Assembly (NCBI GenBank): GCA_965649225.1
Contig: CBFGJX010000001.1
Location: 96,001 to 160,000, forward strand
From: a candidate division WOR-3 bacterium
GTDB taxonomy: Bacteria; Hydrothermota; Tepidihabitantia; Tepidihabitantales; Tepidihabitantaceae
Length of the DNA: 64,000 nt
Direction: 5' to 3'
Shown here: positions 1 to 9,068 of the stretch, in pieces
Numbering within the stretch: position 1 is the first letter of the stretch
Layout of the letters: each line of letters begins with the position of its first letter
Position numbers and translations under genes: made by a program
The notes under the pieces: generated by a model
The model's input: the letters and a program-made list of their open reading frames with translations, nothing else
Told to the model about the DNA's origin: nothing
Database searches by the model: none

Positions 1-1962
1 GTCCGAACCATTACCAACACCGAGGGATTGAGTGCCAACCGCTGCCTGTGCATCGCCCTTGACCGCGACGGCAACGGCTGGGTCGGCACCCAGAGTGGCG
101 GACTGGCCGTAGTCATTGCCGACAGCGGCCGAGCCCGGCCCTGGCGACCAAATGACCTGGCGACAACCGTCCGGGCACTGGCCTGGCACGGCGACCGCCT
201 GCTTGTTGCCACACCCCAGGGGCTTTATGTCATTGACACTCGCGGCACGCTGCTTGACTTCAGTGACGACGACATCCGCCGCTTCTCGGTCACCCGCGTA
301 CCGGAACTGCTGAGCGACATGGTCCTGTCACTTGCCGTCCACGACGGCTATTGGATCGGTACCAACCGCGGCCTGACCCGGGTGGACACAACGCTGTCAG
401 TCTGGCGCTCCTGGCGGGCGCCGCTGGGCGACTCAGTCAGCGCAATCGCCGCCTGGCGTGACAGTCTGCTGGTCGGCACCGAACTGGGCGTTGTCCTGCT
501 GGACTCAACCGGATTTCGTACCGTGCTCAGTTTCAACCGCGCCACTCGGCTTTTCTCAATCGTCACCTCCCTCTCGTCAATCTATGTCGCAACCGAAGCC
601 GGTCTTTATGAAGCCGACCGGCCGGTGAGCTGGCGGTTTCAGCGTGTACTTGAACTCGATGTCCGTTCGGTCTACATTGGCCGGGAAATCTGGGTCGGTT
701 GTGGCGGCAACGAACGCTCGGGCAACGGCCTGCGCTATCTGGTCTCCGGCCAGTCCTGGTCTCCGTACAGCCACCCGGCAATCCAGAGCGGTGAGATTTC
801 CGACTGCGCGGTCGGACCGCGCGGCGACATCCTGCTTACCCACACCAGCCAGGCCATCAGCTGGATAACCCCGGACCGCAACTTCTGGGCTCTGTTCAGC
901 ATCCTGCCGGTGCCGCGTCAGGTCAGAGTGGATTCCCGCGGCCGCTTCTGGTTCGCCCACTTTGCTTTTGACGGCGGGCTGGCCTGGTACGACCCGGCAA
1001 CCGGCGAGTGGGAAAGCTATCAGTGGGGACCGACATCAGCACGCAATATCATCACCGCTTTTGGCATTGACCGCCACGACACGAAATGGATGTTCAACGG
1101 CGGCACCGTAATCATCGCACTTGACTCGGCCGGCGAACAGGAAGTTTTCGAAATCCCCGGCCTCGCCAACACCCCTGGCGGCGGTTATGAGTTTGCCTTT
1201 GACGATTCCGGTCGGGCGTGGGTTGGGCTGACCGTTGGACTGGTGATGGTTGACTACAACAACACCCTGCACGACCGTTCCGACGACCGCTTCGCAATCT
1301 ATTCGGCCGGCCTGCCGACGGCCGAGGTACGTTCGGTCGCGGTTGACCAGGGTGGCGGCGTCTGGTGCGCAACCGGCCAGTGTGTCGCCCGCTGGGACGG
1401 CCGGCAGTTCCGGGTGTTCACCACTGCCAACAGCGGCCTGCTCTCCGATAACAACTACCGGGTCCGGGTCGATGCCTCCAACCGGGTCTGGATACTGAGT
1501 GATGCCGGGCTGTCAATCTTCGACCAGATCCGCAACACCTGGCAGAACTACACTCCTCAGAACAGTGGCCTGATTGCCAATATCCTCGCCACCCGCGGCT
1601 TCTATTCCAGCATCGCGCTCCAGGACAGCATCGGCACCGCACTGGTTGGCACCGGTGCCGGCCTGTCAGTATTCAGCTTCGCCCTGCCGCCGCTCAGCGA
1701 AGCCTCCGGTATGCGAGTCTATCCCAATCCCTGCATCCTCGGCCGTCACGGCGGCATCGTCATCGACAGCCTCCCGGACGACGCAGTTCGGCTGGAAATC
1801 CGAACACTCACCGGTCGAGCGATTGGCCGGCTGAAAATCAACCACGCCCTGCATCAGGCGGCGTGGAATCCGCCCGAAAACACACCGAGCGGCATCTACC
1901 TTGTAATGCTGGAAACCCCGCGCGGCATCAGGGTCGAACGCGTGGCGCTGGTCAGGCCCTAG
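1..1962 (+). CDS. PorZ-like two-component-regulator beta-propeller protein with T9SS type A sorting domain (5'-truncated at window edge)
   Basis: Frame open from base 1 (VRTITNTEGLSAN...). Repeated D-x-x-G-x-x-W-V-G-T blades and 'NSGLLSDN' motifs. C-terminus VYPNP...IRTLTGR...SGIYLV...RVALVR. Confidence 0.75.
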   Translation, partial: VRTITNTEGLSANRCLCIALDRDGNGWVGTQSGGLAVVIADSGRARPWRPNDLATTVRALAWHGDRLLVATPQGLYVIDTRGTLLDFSDDDIRRFSVTRVPELLSDMVLSLAVHDGYWIGTNRGLTRVDTTLSVWRSWRAPLGDSVSAIAAWRDSLLVGTELGVVLLDSTGFRTVLSFNRATRLFSIVTSLSSIYVATEAGLYEADRPVSWRFQRVLELDVRSVYIGREIWVGCGGNERSGNGLRYLVSGQSWSPYSHPAIQSGEISDCAVGPRGDILLTHTSQAISWITPDRNFWALFSILPVPRQVRVDSRGRFWFAHFAFDGGLAWYDPATGEWESYQWGPTSARNIITAFGIDRHDTKWMFNGGTVIIALDSAGEQEVFEIPGLANTPGGGYEFAFDDSGRAWVGLTVGLVMVDYNNTLHDRSDDRFAIYSAGLPTAEVRSVAVDQGGGVWCATGQCVARWDGRQFRVFTTANSGLLSDNNYRVRVDASNRVWILSDAGLSIFDQIRNTWQNYTPQNSGLIANILATRGFYSSIALQDSIGTALVGTGAGLSVFSFALPPLSEASGMRVYPNPCILGRHGGIVIDSLPDDAVRLEIRTLTGRAIGRLKINHALHQAAWNPPENTPSGIYLVMLETPRGIRVERVALVRP

Positions 1963-1970
1963 CAGGCCAA

Positions 1971-2132
1971 TCAGCGCTTGCGGCGCGGCTGGTGGCCGGC
2001 CGGTCGCACGTCGTCTTCCTCAGTTTCCTCCATGCACGACTCAAAGTAACGGCACTCCGGACAGCAGTCATCATCGCGGACTTTGCCCTTGGCCAGACAG
2101 TGATCGTAGCCAGAGCAAGCACGACAGCACAT
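1971..2132 (-). CDS. 53-aa Cys-rich small protein with two CCxxC-x5-C repeats (not in ORF track)
   Basis: AAAAGGAGG SD upstream of ATG 2132. Translation MCCRACSGYDHCLAKGKVRDDDCCPECRYFESCMEETEEDDVRPAGHQPRRKR. Fills the gap downstream of speB. Confidence 0.75.
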   Translation of the reverse strand: MCCRACSGYDHCLAKGKVRDDDCCPECRYFESCMEETEEDDVRPAGHQPRRKR

Positions 2133-2177
2133 TGACGCAGACCTCCTTTTGATTGCTATTGAACACCATTGTCGGTA

Positions 2178-3017
2178 TCAGCCTGCCGACCGGCGCGCCA
2201 GCAGCAGCACCAGCTCGCGCACCAGCTCAGCGGTCACTACTGCACCCACTCCGGGTTGGTGACCACGCGGACAAAACTCGACGATGTCGGCACCGACGAC
2301 CGTGGCACTGCCGAACAGCGCCAGTGCCTCCGCCAGCTCCCGGAAACTGCAGCCACCCGGCTGCGGCGTCTGTACCTCGGGCATGAACGCCGGGTCAATC
2401 ACATCCAAATCCAGCGTTAGATAAACCGGCCGCGCGCCCAGTTGCCGGACGACCGTCTGCACCGGCTTCAGGACGTCGAAAGGATAGAGATTTGGCGCAG
2501 TCAGCTCGTCCGCGCCGGCAAACGAACGAATCCCAAGCTGGAAAAGCCGCTCACGTGGAACAACATCCAGTACCCGCCGCATCGCCGTGGCATGGCATTC
2601 CCGTTCGCCCAGAAACTCATCGCGCAGATCGGAATGAGCATCGAACTGGACCACACACAGTTCGGGACAGGCGCTGAGCATCGCCCGGACAATCGGCGGC
2701 GTGATGCTGTGTTCGCCACCGATGGCCAGAAGCCGCCGTCCCTGCTCCAGCCAGCTCTGGGCCGTTTGCTCGATCAGCTCCAGTGGCGCCCGCGGAGCAG
2801 CAAACTCGAACGTCAGATTGCCGGCATCAAATACCGGTACGGTACTGACGTCCCGGCGCTGATACGGACTGAAACTTTCAATATTGTCGGCACCGATCCG
2901 GGCAAAATCCGGACCGAAACGGGTGCCGGGAGAAAAAGAACTGGTGCGGTCTAACGGCATGCCCAGCAGCACGACATCCGCCGACCGCTCATCGGCAGTT
3001 GCGTAGTAAAACGCCAT
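2178..3017 (-). CDS. speB: Agmatinase (ureohydrolase family)
   Basis: GTRFGP, GGEHSIT, FDAHSDLR, DLDVIDPAF and PGG motifs. Start placed at ATG 3017, just after a TTGACT-N16-TATGCT promoter. Confidence 0.88.
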   Translation of the reverse strand: MAFYYATADERSADVVLLGMPLDRTSSFSPGTRFGPDFARIGADNIESFSPYQRRDVSTVPVFDAGNLTFEFAAPRAPLELIEQTAQSWLEQGRRLLAIGGEHSITPPIVRAMLSACPELCVVQFDAHSDLRDEFLGERECHATAMRRVLDVVPRERLFQLGIRSFAGADELTAPNLYPFDVLKPVQTVVRQLGARPVYLTLDLDVIDPAFMPEVQTPQPGGCSFRELAEALALFGSATVVGADIVEFCPRGHQPGVGAVVTAELVRELVLLLARRSAG

Positions 3018-3108
3018 CGGCCGTACCAGCATAGCCGGCGGTTGTGGCCAGTCAAGCGCCCGTGGCCGGAAAGTTGACAAGCCCCGGACAGCGACTACCG
3101 TCAGGCAA

Positions 3109-4245
3109 TTGCGGATTCTGATATCGGCGGCAGAACCTTCGGCTGAGCTCCTCGGCCAACTGCTCAGTCGTGCGATTACTGACCGTATCGCCACGGCCCG
3201 GTTCGAAAGACCGTTGCTCACCCGACCGAACGTAATTGGATTCATTGAAGGCGCTGCCGCCGCGCTCAATCTGCGCCGAGACCTGATTCGCACCGGTCGG
3301 GCAATTCGCCACGCCAGACCCGACCTGGTCATTCTGATTGCCTATCCCGGGTTCAATCTCCCCCTCGGTCGCCACTGTCGCCGGCTTGGCATTCCTGTCC
3401 TTTGGCTTGCCCCACCGCAAATCTGGGCTTGGGGCCGCCGCCGCGCCATGCTGCTGCGCCGCGCCGCCGATGAAGTTGTCTGCCTGTTCGGTTTCGAACT
3501 GCCGCTGCTTCGTGCTGCCGGTGTTTCAGCCCACTATTTCGGCTGGCCGCTGCTGGACTATGTCAGCGCCCGGCTGAAAACCGACCCGGCCGCCGATCCG
3601 CCCGGCGGCATCGCCTTTCTGCCCGGTTCACGGCCTGCCGAACAACGCTGGCACATACCGTTTTTTGAGCAAGTGATGGCCCAGATTCGTACCCGGCGGC
3701 CTGACATCACCGGCACCATCTCACTGCCTGCCGGCTGCCAATGTTCAGCATCGCTACGGCCGGCCGCCGGCAGCCAGTACGCCCTGATGCGCGACGCCGA
3801 TTGCGTCGCCCTCGCATCAGGAACCGCAACTCTTGAAGCAACTGTTGCCGGCACGCCGATGGTGGTCAGCTATCACCTGCCCCGACTTTCGCATCTTATT
3901 GCGCACCGCCTTGTCCACACCCGCTGGTTTGCCCTCCCCAACATCATTGCCCGTGCGCCAGTTGTGCCGGAAATGCTCAACCCGAAGCCGCAGGACACCG
4001 CTGCGGCAATTCTGCGGCTCCTCGCCGACCGTGCGGCAGCAAAAGCCAGGCTGAAAAAAGTGACAGCGCTGCTCGGCCCGAGCCGGGCAATCGATTCAAT
4101 CGCCGATCTGGCAGTGCAGCTGGCGCGCCGGCCGAAGGTCAGCGCACCGGTGCCGGCTTCAGGCTCACGAACCGGGCGGAGACCTCCGCCCCGAGCCACA
4201 GCCCTCAACAGGCCGAACTGCCCGAACCGAACGACTCCAGCGTAA
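3109..4245 (+). CDS. lpxB: Lipid-A-disaccharide synthase
   Basis: ISAAEPSA, YPGFN, PPQIWAW, FLPGSR, SGTATLE and LPNII motifs. Low-complexity C-terminal tail overlaps the convergent gene. Confidence 0.88.
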   Translation: MRILISAAEPSAELLGQLLSRAITDRIATARFERPLLTRPNVIGFIEGAAAALNLRRDLIRTGRAIRHARPDLVILIAYPGFNLPLGRHCRRLGIPVLWLAPPQIWAWGRRRAMLLRRAADEVVCLFGFELPLLRAAGVSAHYFGWPLLDYVSARLKTDPAADPPGGIAFLPGSRPAEQRWHIPFFEQVMAQIRTRRPDITGTISLPAGCQCSASLRPAAGSQYALMRDADCVALASGTATLEATVAGTPMVVSYHLPRLSHLIAHRLVHTRWFALPNIIARAPVVPEMLNPKPQDTAAAILRLLADRAAAKARLKKVTALLGPSRAIDSIADLAVQLARRPKVSAPVPASGSRTGRRPPPRATALNRPNCPNRTTPA

Positions 4246-4765
4246 CCCGAACCCGGGCCACCTGCCCCGGCACGACACCCTTCAGATTCTGGCGCAGCTC
4301 TTGTTTGAGATTGATTCGCAGGTCACTGAAAGTATCGCCGGCAACGGCAATCAGATGAACCTTAGGCCCGGCCTGCCAGGGTTTCGCTCCCGAAAGCCGA
4401 TACCAGCGCGTCTCACCCAGTCGCTGGCCCGATTTGTCCAGATAGCTCAGCACCAGCGCAGCATAGGCATGATAGGACGGATTGTTGGTTTCCGCCTTGA
4501 ACTTGGCCCGAGCCGAGAAATCAAAATCCAATCCGGTCAGTGCCACTTCCTGCTCCAGCCGGGCGTGGCCGCACATCGTCTTGCGCACCCGCACTCCGCC
4601 ATCCCGGTCCAGACCAACGAAACTGGAGCCGACGATATCGCGCACCGAGCGCTGCCAGCCCGAGTCGAGCGGCAAACGAAAATCACCGTTCACCAGCGGT
4701 GAAACCGGCAACGCCGCAGCCGGAACCATCGCAGCAAACAGCAGAAGAAAACAAAAACCCTTCAT
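4139..4765 (-). CDS. Secreted CBM/galactose-binding-like jelly-roll protein, predicted selenoprotein (Sec at TGA 4205-4207, ...SSAC-U-GLWLGAEVSARFVSL...)
   Basis: Signal peptide MKGFCFLLLFAA. LVNGDF...W start of jelly roll. Homologous to the N-terminal domain of 28002..30155. In-frame TGA followed by a SECIS-like hairpin. Readthrough adds 21 aa before the next TGA (4139-4141). Confidence 0.72.
4162..4204 (-). promoter_or_regulatory. Bacterial SECIS-like hairpin
   Basis: Minus strand after TGA: 13 nt, then stem GGGCGGA / loop GGTC / TCCGCCC (4191-4174). Lower helix GGCTC/GAGCC. Confidence 0.7.
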
Positions 4766-4885
4766 GATAAATCCATCATAGCCGCCGGATCGGGTCGAGT
4801 CAAAAGCCGATTCGGTGCAAACATCGCCGGTTGAACAACTCTCTGCCGCTTTGGCCGCTGCAGTCATGGCGCTGCATCGGCCGGC

Positions 4886-5980
4886 TCAACTGCCGAAGCG
4901 GCAGTCGTTGCGCTGAAGCCACCTCTGCACGAGCTCACCGATGCGCAGAAACACCTCTGAATCAAGCCCGCGGGCGCGAAACTTCTCGCCCTGCTCATCC
5001 ACCAGCTTCTGCCGGGCTGATGTTGCCTCAGCCGTATGGCCCAGGATATGCCACCAGGTTGCAACGGCAGCGCGGGAACACCGGCGCACCCTCTCAGCCA
5101 CTCCCGCTGCCGCCAGCAGCCGGTCTGCAACCCCCGCCAGCTCCTCGATTGCCTTCCAGCGCCGCAAGCTTTCAGCATCAGCCTGCCCAGCAGCCTCACG
5201 GACGCACCGACGCTCAGCCCTTTCCACCTGTTTTCGGTCAAGCAGCTCTGCGGCTTCCGCCGCGCCGGGCAGACGGTCAAGCTCACCCGACTGTTCGAGA
5301 CCGGCGAAGAGCTCCCATACTGCTGCTCGCACCGCGGCCCGCTGTTCGTCGGTCCCCACGGCCCCATATCGGCGTTCGACCGCTTCAAGCCCTCCAGCAC
5401 GAACGCCTCGTCGCCGGTTCCGCGCCCGGTTCAGTGCTCCCCAAACCGCCCGGCCATAAGCGCACAACTGGCCAAACTCGACCAGCCCCAGCCCGAACCG
5501 GCTTACCGTATCGTGCAGGCAGGTCTCCAGCCGTTCACACAGGATCAGCGAACGGGCAGTACGGCGCAGCCGCTCGAACCGCTCGTCGGCCGATGTCTTT
5601 TCGTCATCGGCAACCCGGCTCTTTGCCGCATAACGCATGAACTTCAACCCCGCTTCCGGCGGCAGGGTCTCGGCCAGCTTCGCGGCAGCGGCCCTGACCC
5701 GCTCGCTCGCGATTGTCGGCTGCGAAGTGTAAGCGTCCAGAACCGGTGCAAGGTCGGCGAAACTCGCTCCGCAGGCACGCAGGTAGTCGGCGACAAAACC
5801 AAAAGTCGGCTGCGTCGCCCGGCCGGTCTCCAGCCGGCTGACTGCAACGTGGCCGGTGCTGCCCCGGCCACCCATTGCCTCGGCAACCTGTGCCTGTGTC
5901 AGCCCGGCCCGACGGCGCAACTCCCGCAGTGCCGCCCCCATCTCCCGGCTCCAGCGAAAAGTACCCTGATGTCGGCTCAT
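4886..5980 (-). CDS. XRE-family helix-turn-helix protein with long helical C-terminal region
   Basis: GAALRELRRRAGLTQAQVAEAMG...VSRLETG...PTF HTH signature. Confidence 0.8.
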   Translation of the reverse strand: MSRHQGTFRWSREMGAALRELRRRAGLTQAQVAEAMGGRGSTGHVAVSRLETGRATQPTFGFVADYLRACGASFADLAPVLDAYTSQPTIASERVRAAAAKLAETLPPEAGLKFMRYAAKSRVADDEKTSADERFERLRRTARSLILCERLETCLHDTVSRFGLGLVEFGQLCAYGRAVWGALNRARNRRRGVRAGGLEAVERRYGAVGTDEQRAAVRAAVWELFAGLEQSGELDRLPGAAEAAELLDRKQVERAERRCVREAAGQADAESLRRWKAIEELAGVADRLLAAAGVAERVRRCSRAAVATWWHILGHTAEATSARQKLVDEQGEKFRARGLDSEVFLRIGELVQRWLQRNDCRFGS

Positions 5981-6396
5981 TTGAAGGTTCTGACCTTTTG
6001 ACTTTAGCCTACCAGACTAAATCGGGCAGCGCAATGGTGGCAAGAATAACTTTTCATTGGAATCGAAGTTATACCGCTGAACCGAAAATCACCCCGGTCG
6101 CCTCCCCCGCGGTCAGGTACGAACTTTTGCAGAACGACACCCCGGCCACACGAGCCGAACCCGGCAACAGCATCCGAAATGACCTTCTGACGACTCTTGT
6201 GTCGGATAACTTTGCCGGTGTCTGTGTCAGTCTGTTGTCAGGCACCGATTCCAATCCAGCGACCAGACCGGTATCCAGTCGGCCGGTTGACCCCAGGCCC
6301 AAACTCATTACAGTTGACACAGTGAGAAATCCCATCGCACCGCCAAGTCGGGAAATCGCTTGACCGGGTTCTGCCACCGGGCTGAACGGAGACAAG

Positions 6397-6840
6397 CTGC
6401 GCCCGACACTTCTGGGCCCTGAACCGAACCGCCCGCCCCTGGTCGGACCGGTAGCCAAGTTCCTGCTGCGCTGGCTTGTCGGCACGCTCGTGACACTCGG
6501 GGCTTGGCGACTGGGTATGGTGATAGTCCCGCCCCACTCAGTACCGGCGTTCATCGCCGCGGCCACTATCTTCGGGTTGGCGAACGCGCTGATGCGGCCC
6601 ATCGCCAACATCATCGTCGAACGGACCTGGCTGCCGCTGGTTGTCATCGCCCAGATTGCCGTCGGGTCCTTGCTGATGCAGGGCCTGGCCTGGCTTGCCC
6701 GCACGGTCGCGCACGCCGGCTTCAGTTTCCCGGCCGGGTTCTACAACGGGTCGCGCTCGCTGTTCCTGCTCTGCACCGCTGTCGTGTTCGCGAACTACAT
6801 CCTTGCCGGCCTGCTGCGGGACCCGGACCCGCTGAGCTGA
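6397..6840 (+). CDS. 4-TM membrane protein resembling the YvlD/'phage holin family' (start uncertain, possibly CTG 6397)
   Basis: Four hydrophobic segments and 'GLANALMRPI'. The family-like 'KFLLRWLV' lies in frame upstream of the called GTG 6490. GGAG sits 5 nt before CTG 6397. Confidence 0.55.
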   Translation: MRPTLLGPEPNRPPLVGPVAKFLLRWLVGTLVTLGAWRLGMVIVPPHSVPAFIAAATIFGLANALMRPIANIIVERTWLPLVVIAQIAVGSLLMQGLAWLARTVAHAGFSFPAGFYNGSRSLFLLCTAVVFANYILAGLLRDPDPLS

Positions 6841-6875
6841 GCGCCGCGGTCCAGCGCGGCCCGACCTTTCCCCGT

Positions 6876-8213
6876 TTACCGCACCACAATTAACCTGTCA
6901 AGCCGGCCCTTGGCCTCCGGTTCCGGGCTGCTGACGAAGTACACGCCCGGCGCCAGCCCGCTCACGTTATTCGCACCCGGCTGCAACTCAAGCACGTGCC
7001 GGCCGCAGGCGTCAAGCAGCTCCCGTCGCAGGCCATCGGCCGTCTGCGTGAGACGCAGGACGCCACGCGCGACCGTCGGGGTTGGCGTGACAAGTCCGGC
7101 GCGCGATGCGCCACGTCGCTCCCGAACAGCCACTGCATTCGTGTCACGGATGACCGACACGCTCGAATCGCCACTGTTGGCGACGTAGACACGGTTCCAT
7201 GTCGGGTTGTGGGCCAGAGCACACGGCCGCTCACCGACCCCGACCGTCGCGACGACGCCGGCAGACGCACAGTCGATAACCGTGACGTCGTCGCTGCCGT
7301 AGTTGGCGCAGTAGATTCGGTGGTTGACGGCGTCGTGACAGACCGCCCAGGGCTTGATACCCGCCGGCACGGTCGCAAGCACCGAATCCCCGGCACCGTC
7401 GATGACCGCCACGTTTCCGTCGTACTCGTTGGCACAGAATACACGGTTCAGGTCCGGACAGCAGCAGGCGGCGATTGCGTAATCACCGACGGTGAGATTG
7501 CTGATCAGGCCATTTGTCGCAGCGTCGATTATGGTGACGTTCTTGCCCAAATGGTTCACGCAGTACACCTTGTTCGCGGTCGGGTTGTAGCAAACGTCCC
7601 ATGGATGGTCGCCGGCGCGCAGGGTGGCGACGACCGAATCCCCGGTGCCGTCGATGACCGTGATGTCGTCGCTTTCCATGTTTGCGGCGTAGATACGGTT
7701 ATCGCGCGAGTCGAAGCAGAAGGCCCAAGGGTTAACACCCGTGCTGATCGTGGCGACGGCAGTGTCGGTCGCACCATCAATTACCGTGACGTTATCGGTG
7801 ACGAAATTAGCACAGTAGACCTTGTCTTCCAGCCGGTTGTAGGCCAGCGCGTACGGATACTGCCCGCACTGTACCTGCGCAACGACCGCTCCCGTCGCCC
7901 CGTTGGCCACAACTACCAGGTCACCGAAGTAATCGGCGCAGTACACCTTGTCCCGCTGCGGGTTGTGACAGATGTCATACACGGTCGAACCGGCCGGGAT
8001 GCGACCGACGATGCGGTTCGACGCTCCGTCGATGACCAGCACACCATTACCTTCCTCACCCCCGACATACACCAGGTTGTCGGTCTCGTTCCAGACCAGG
8101 CACCGAGGTACCGCCACCCGGCCTAGCGAATTGGACAAGCCGATGGTCGCTTCGAGGAACTGCCCCGCGGCCAGACCCGCGAGAACTGCCACCGCCAGCA
8201 CTCTGTGCCCCAT
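6876..8213 (-). CDS. YVTN/YncE-type beta-propeller repeat protein with short T9SS-like CTD
   Basis: Signal peptide, about 7 repeats of 'NKVYCAN...VTVIDG', C-terminus LLDACGR...LAPGVYFV. Confidence 0.85.
   Translation of the reverse strand: MGHRVLAVAVLAGLAAGQFLEATIGLSNSLGRVAVPRCLVWNETDNLVYVGGEEGNGVLVIDGASNRIVGRIPAGSTVYDICHNPQRDKVYCADYFGDLVVVANGATGAVVAQVQCGQYPYALAYNRLEDKVYCANFVTDNVTVIDGATDTAVATISTGVNPWAFCFDSRDNRIYAANMESDDITVIDGTGDSVVATLRAGDHPWDVCYNPTANKVYCVNHLGKNVTIIDAATNGLISNLTVGDYAIAACCCPDLNRVFCANEYDGNVAVIDGAGDSVLATVPAGIKPWAVCHDAVNHRIYCANYGSDDVTVIDCASAGVVATVGVGERPCALAHNPTWNRVYVANSGDSSVSVIRDTNAVAVRERRGASRAGLVTPTPTVARGVLRLTQTADGLRRELLDACGRHVLELQPGANNVSGLAPGVYFVSSPEPEAKGRLDRLIVVR
6937..7034. 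repeat. 98-bp direct repeat, copy 1 (CTD-coding segment)
   Basis: 95/98 identical to 9154..9251 by manual alignment. Confidence 0.9.
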
Positions 8214-8222
8214 CGTCAGCTC

Positions 8223-9059
8223 CTATCGCGAGATGACCACCCGGGCGATGTGCGGTTGTCGATTGTCTATTGTCGATTCGACGAAGTAGACGCCACTGGG
8301 CAGCCCCGAGACATCGTTCTCGCCCACGCGCAGTGTCATCACCTCTCGGCCCGCGGCGTCGAGCAGCGCCGCTCGGTGTTCGGGATCGGAAACCAGTGAC
8401 CGAGGCAGGTCAAGAACCCCGCGGACAACGGTTACGCGCGGCAGAGTTCTGACCGGCACGACCGGGCAGAGTTCTTCTTCGATACCCGTCAACGAGAACA
8501 CGATTGCCCGCTGGTTCCAGTTCCGGTTCTCGTAAAACGGCGAGTCCGAGAGCTGGTACCAGGTTTCGCCCATCAGCGGCACCTTGATGAACCCGCCCCG
8601 GTTGCGCACCAGTGGCCCGCGGTCCACGGCCAGCGGGTGGTCTCCGGTGTAGTATGTAGTTGTAACGCAGGTCCAGAAATCGACCCCGGAATCCACCGGC
8701 ACCGGCTGGGCGAGATTGACTCGTTTCCAGCGCATTGCACCGGACCCGGGATAGGTGGCCTGAGCCAGACGCGGGCCCGGCCGGGTGCTGGTATTCGCTC
8801 CGTAGATATAGACGCGGCCGTCCTCGGCCGAGGCGTCGTACTGGTAGAAGATCACCGCGACGACGCTGCACGGCTTCTCGGGCGTAAAACGCACCGCGGC
8901 GTGGTACTCGTACTGACCGGTCACCGCGAAACCGCCGAACACCCCCGAATCGAACTTCAGCGTCTCCTCAGCCGCGTCCGGCGACGTCAACTCGCCCGGA
9001 GCTGCAAGAGCGAGACAGGCGAGCGTCGCAACCGCGAGGAGTCCGCAAACTCTCTTCAT
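8223..9059 (-). CDS. Secreted beta-sandwich protein with short T9SS-like CTD
   Basis: Signal peptide MKRVCGLLAVATLACLALA. C-terminus LLDAAGREV...LPSGVYFV...RVVISR. Confidence 0.75.
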   Translation of the reverse strand: MKRVCGLLAVATLACLALAAPGELTSPDAAEETLKFDSGVFGGFAVTGQYEYHAAVRFTPEKPCSVVAVIFYQYDASAEDGRVYIYGANTSTRPGPRLAQATYPGSGAMRWKRVNLAQPVPVDSGVDFWTCVTTTYYTGDHPLAVDRGPLVRNRGGFIKVPLMGETWYQLSDSPFYENRNWNQRAIVFSLTGIEEELCPVVPVRTLPRVTVVRGVLDLPRSLVSDPEHRAALLDAAGREVMTLRVGENDVSGLPSGVYFVESTIDNRQPHIARVVISR

Positions 9060-9068
9060 TCGGTTTTC

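Noticed and set aside
6397..6840. Holin-like gene plus XRE regulator as a prophage remnant
   Set aside because: No integrase, endolysin or structural genes are present, and this membrane family is common in chromosomes.
6838..6862. Hairpin after the TGA of the 4-TM gene as another SECIS
   Set aside because: It starts only about 2 nt after the stop, has a different loop and lies between convergent genes, so it is more likely a terminator.
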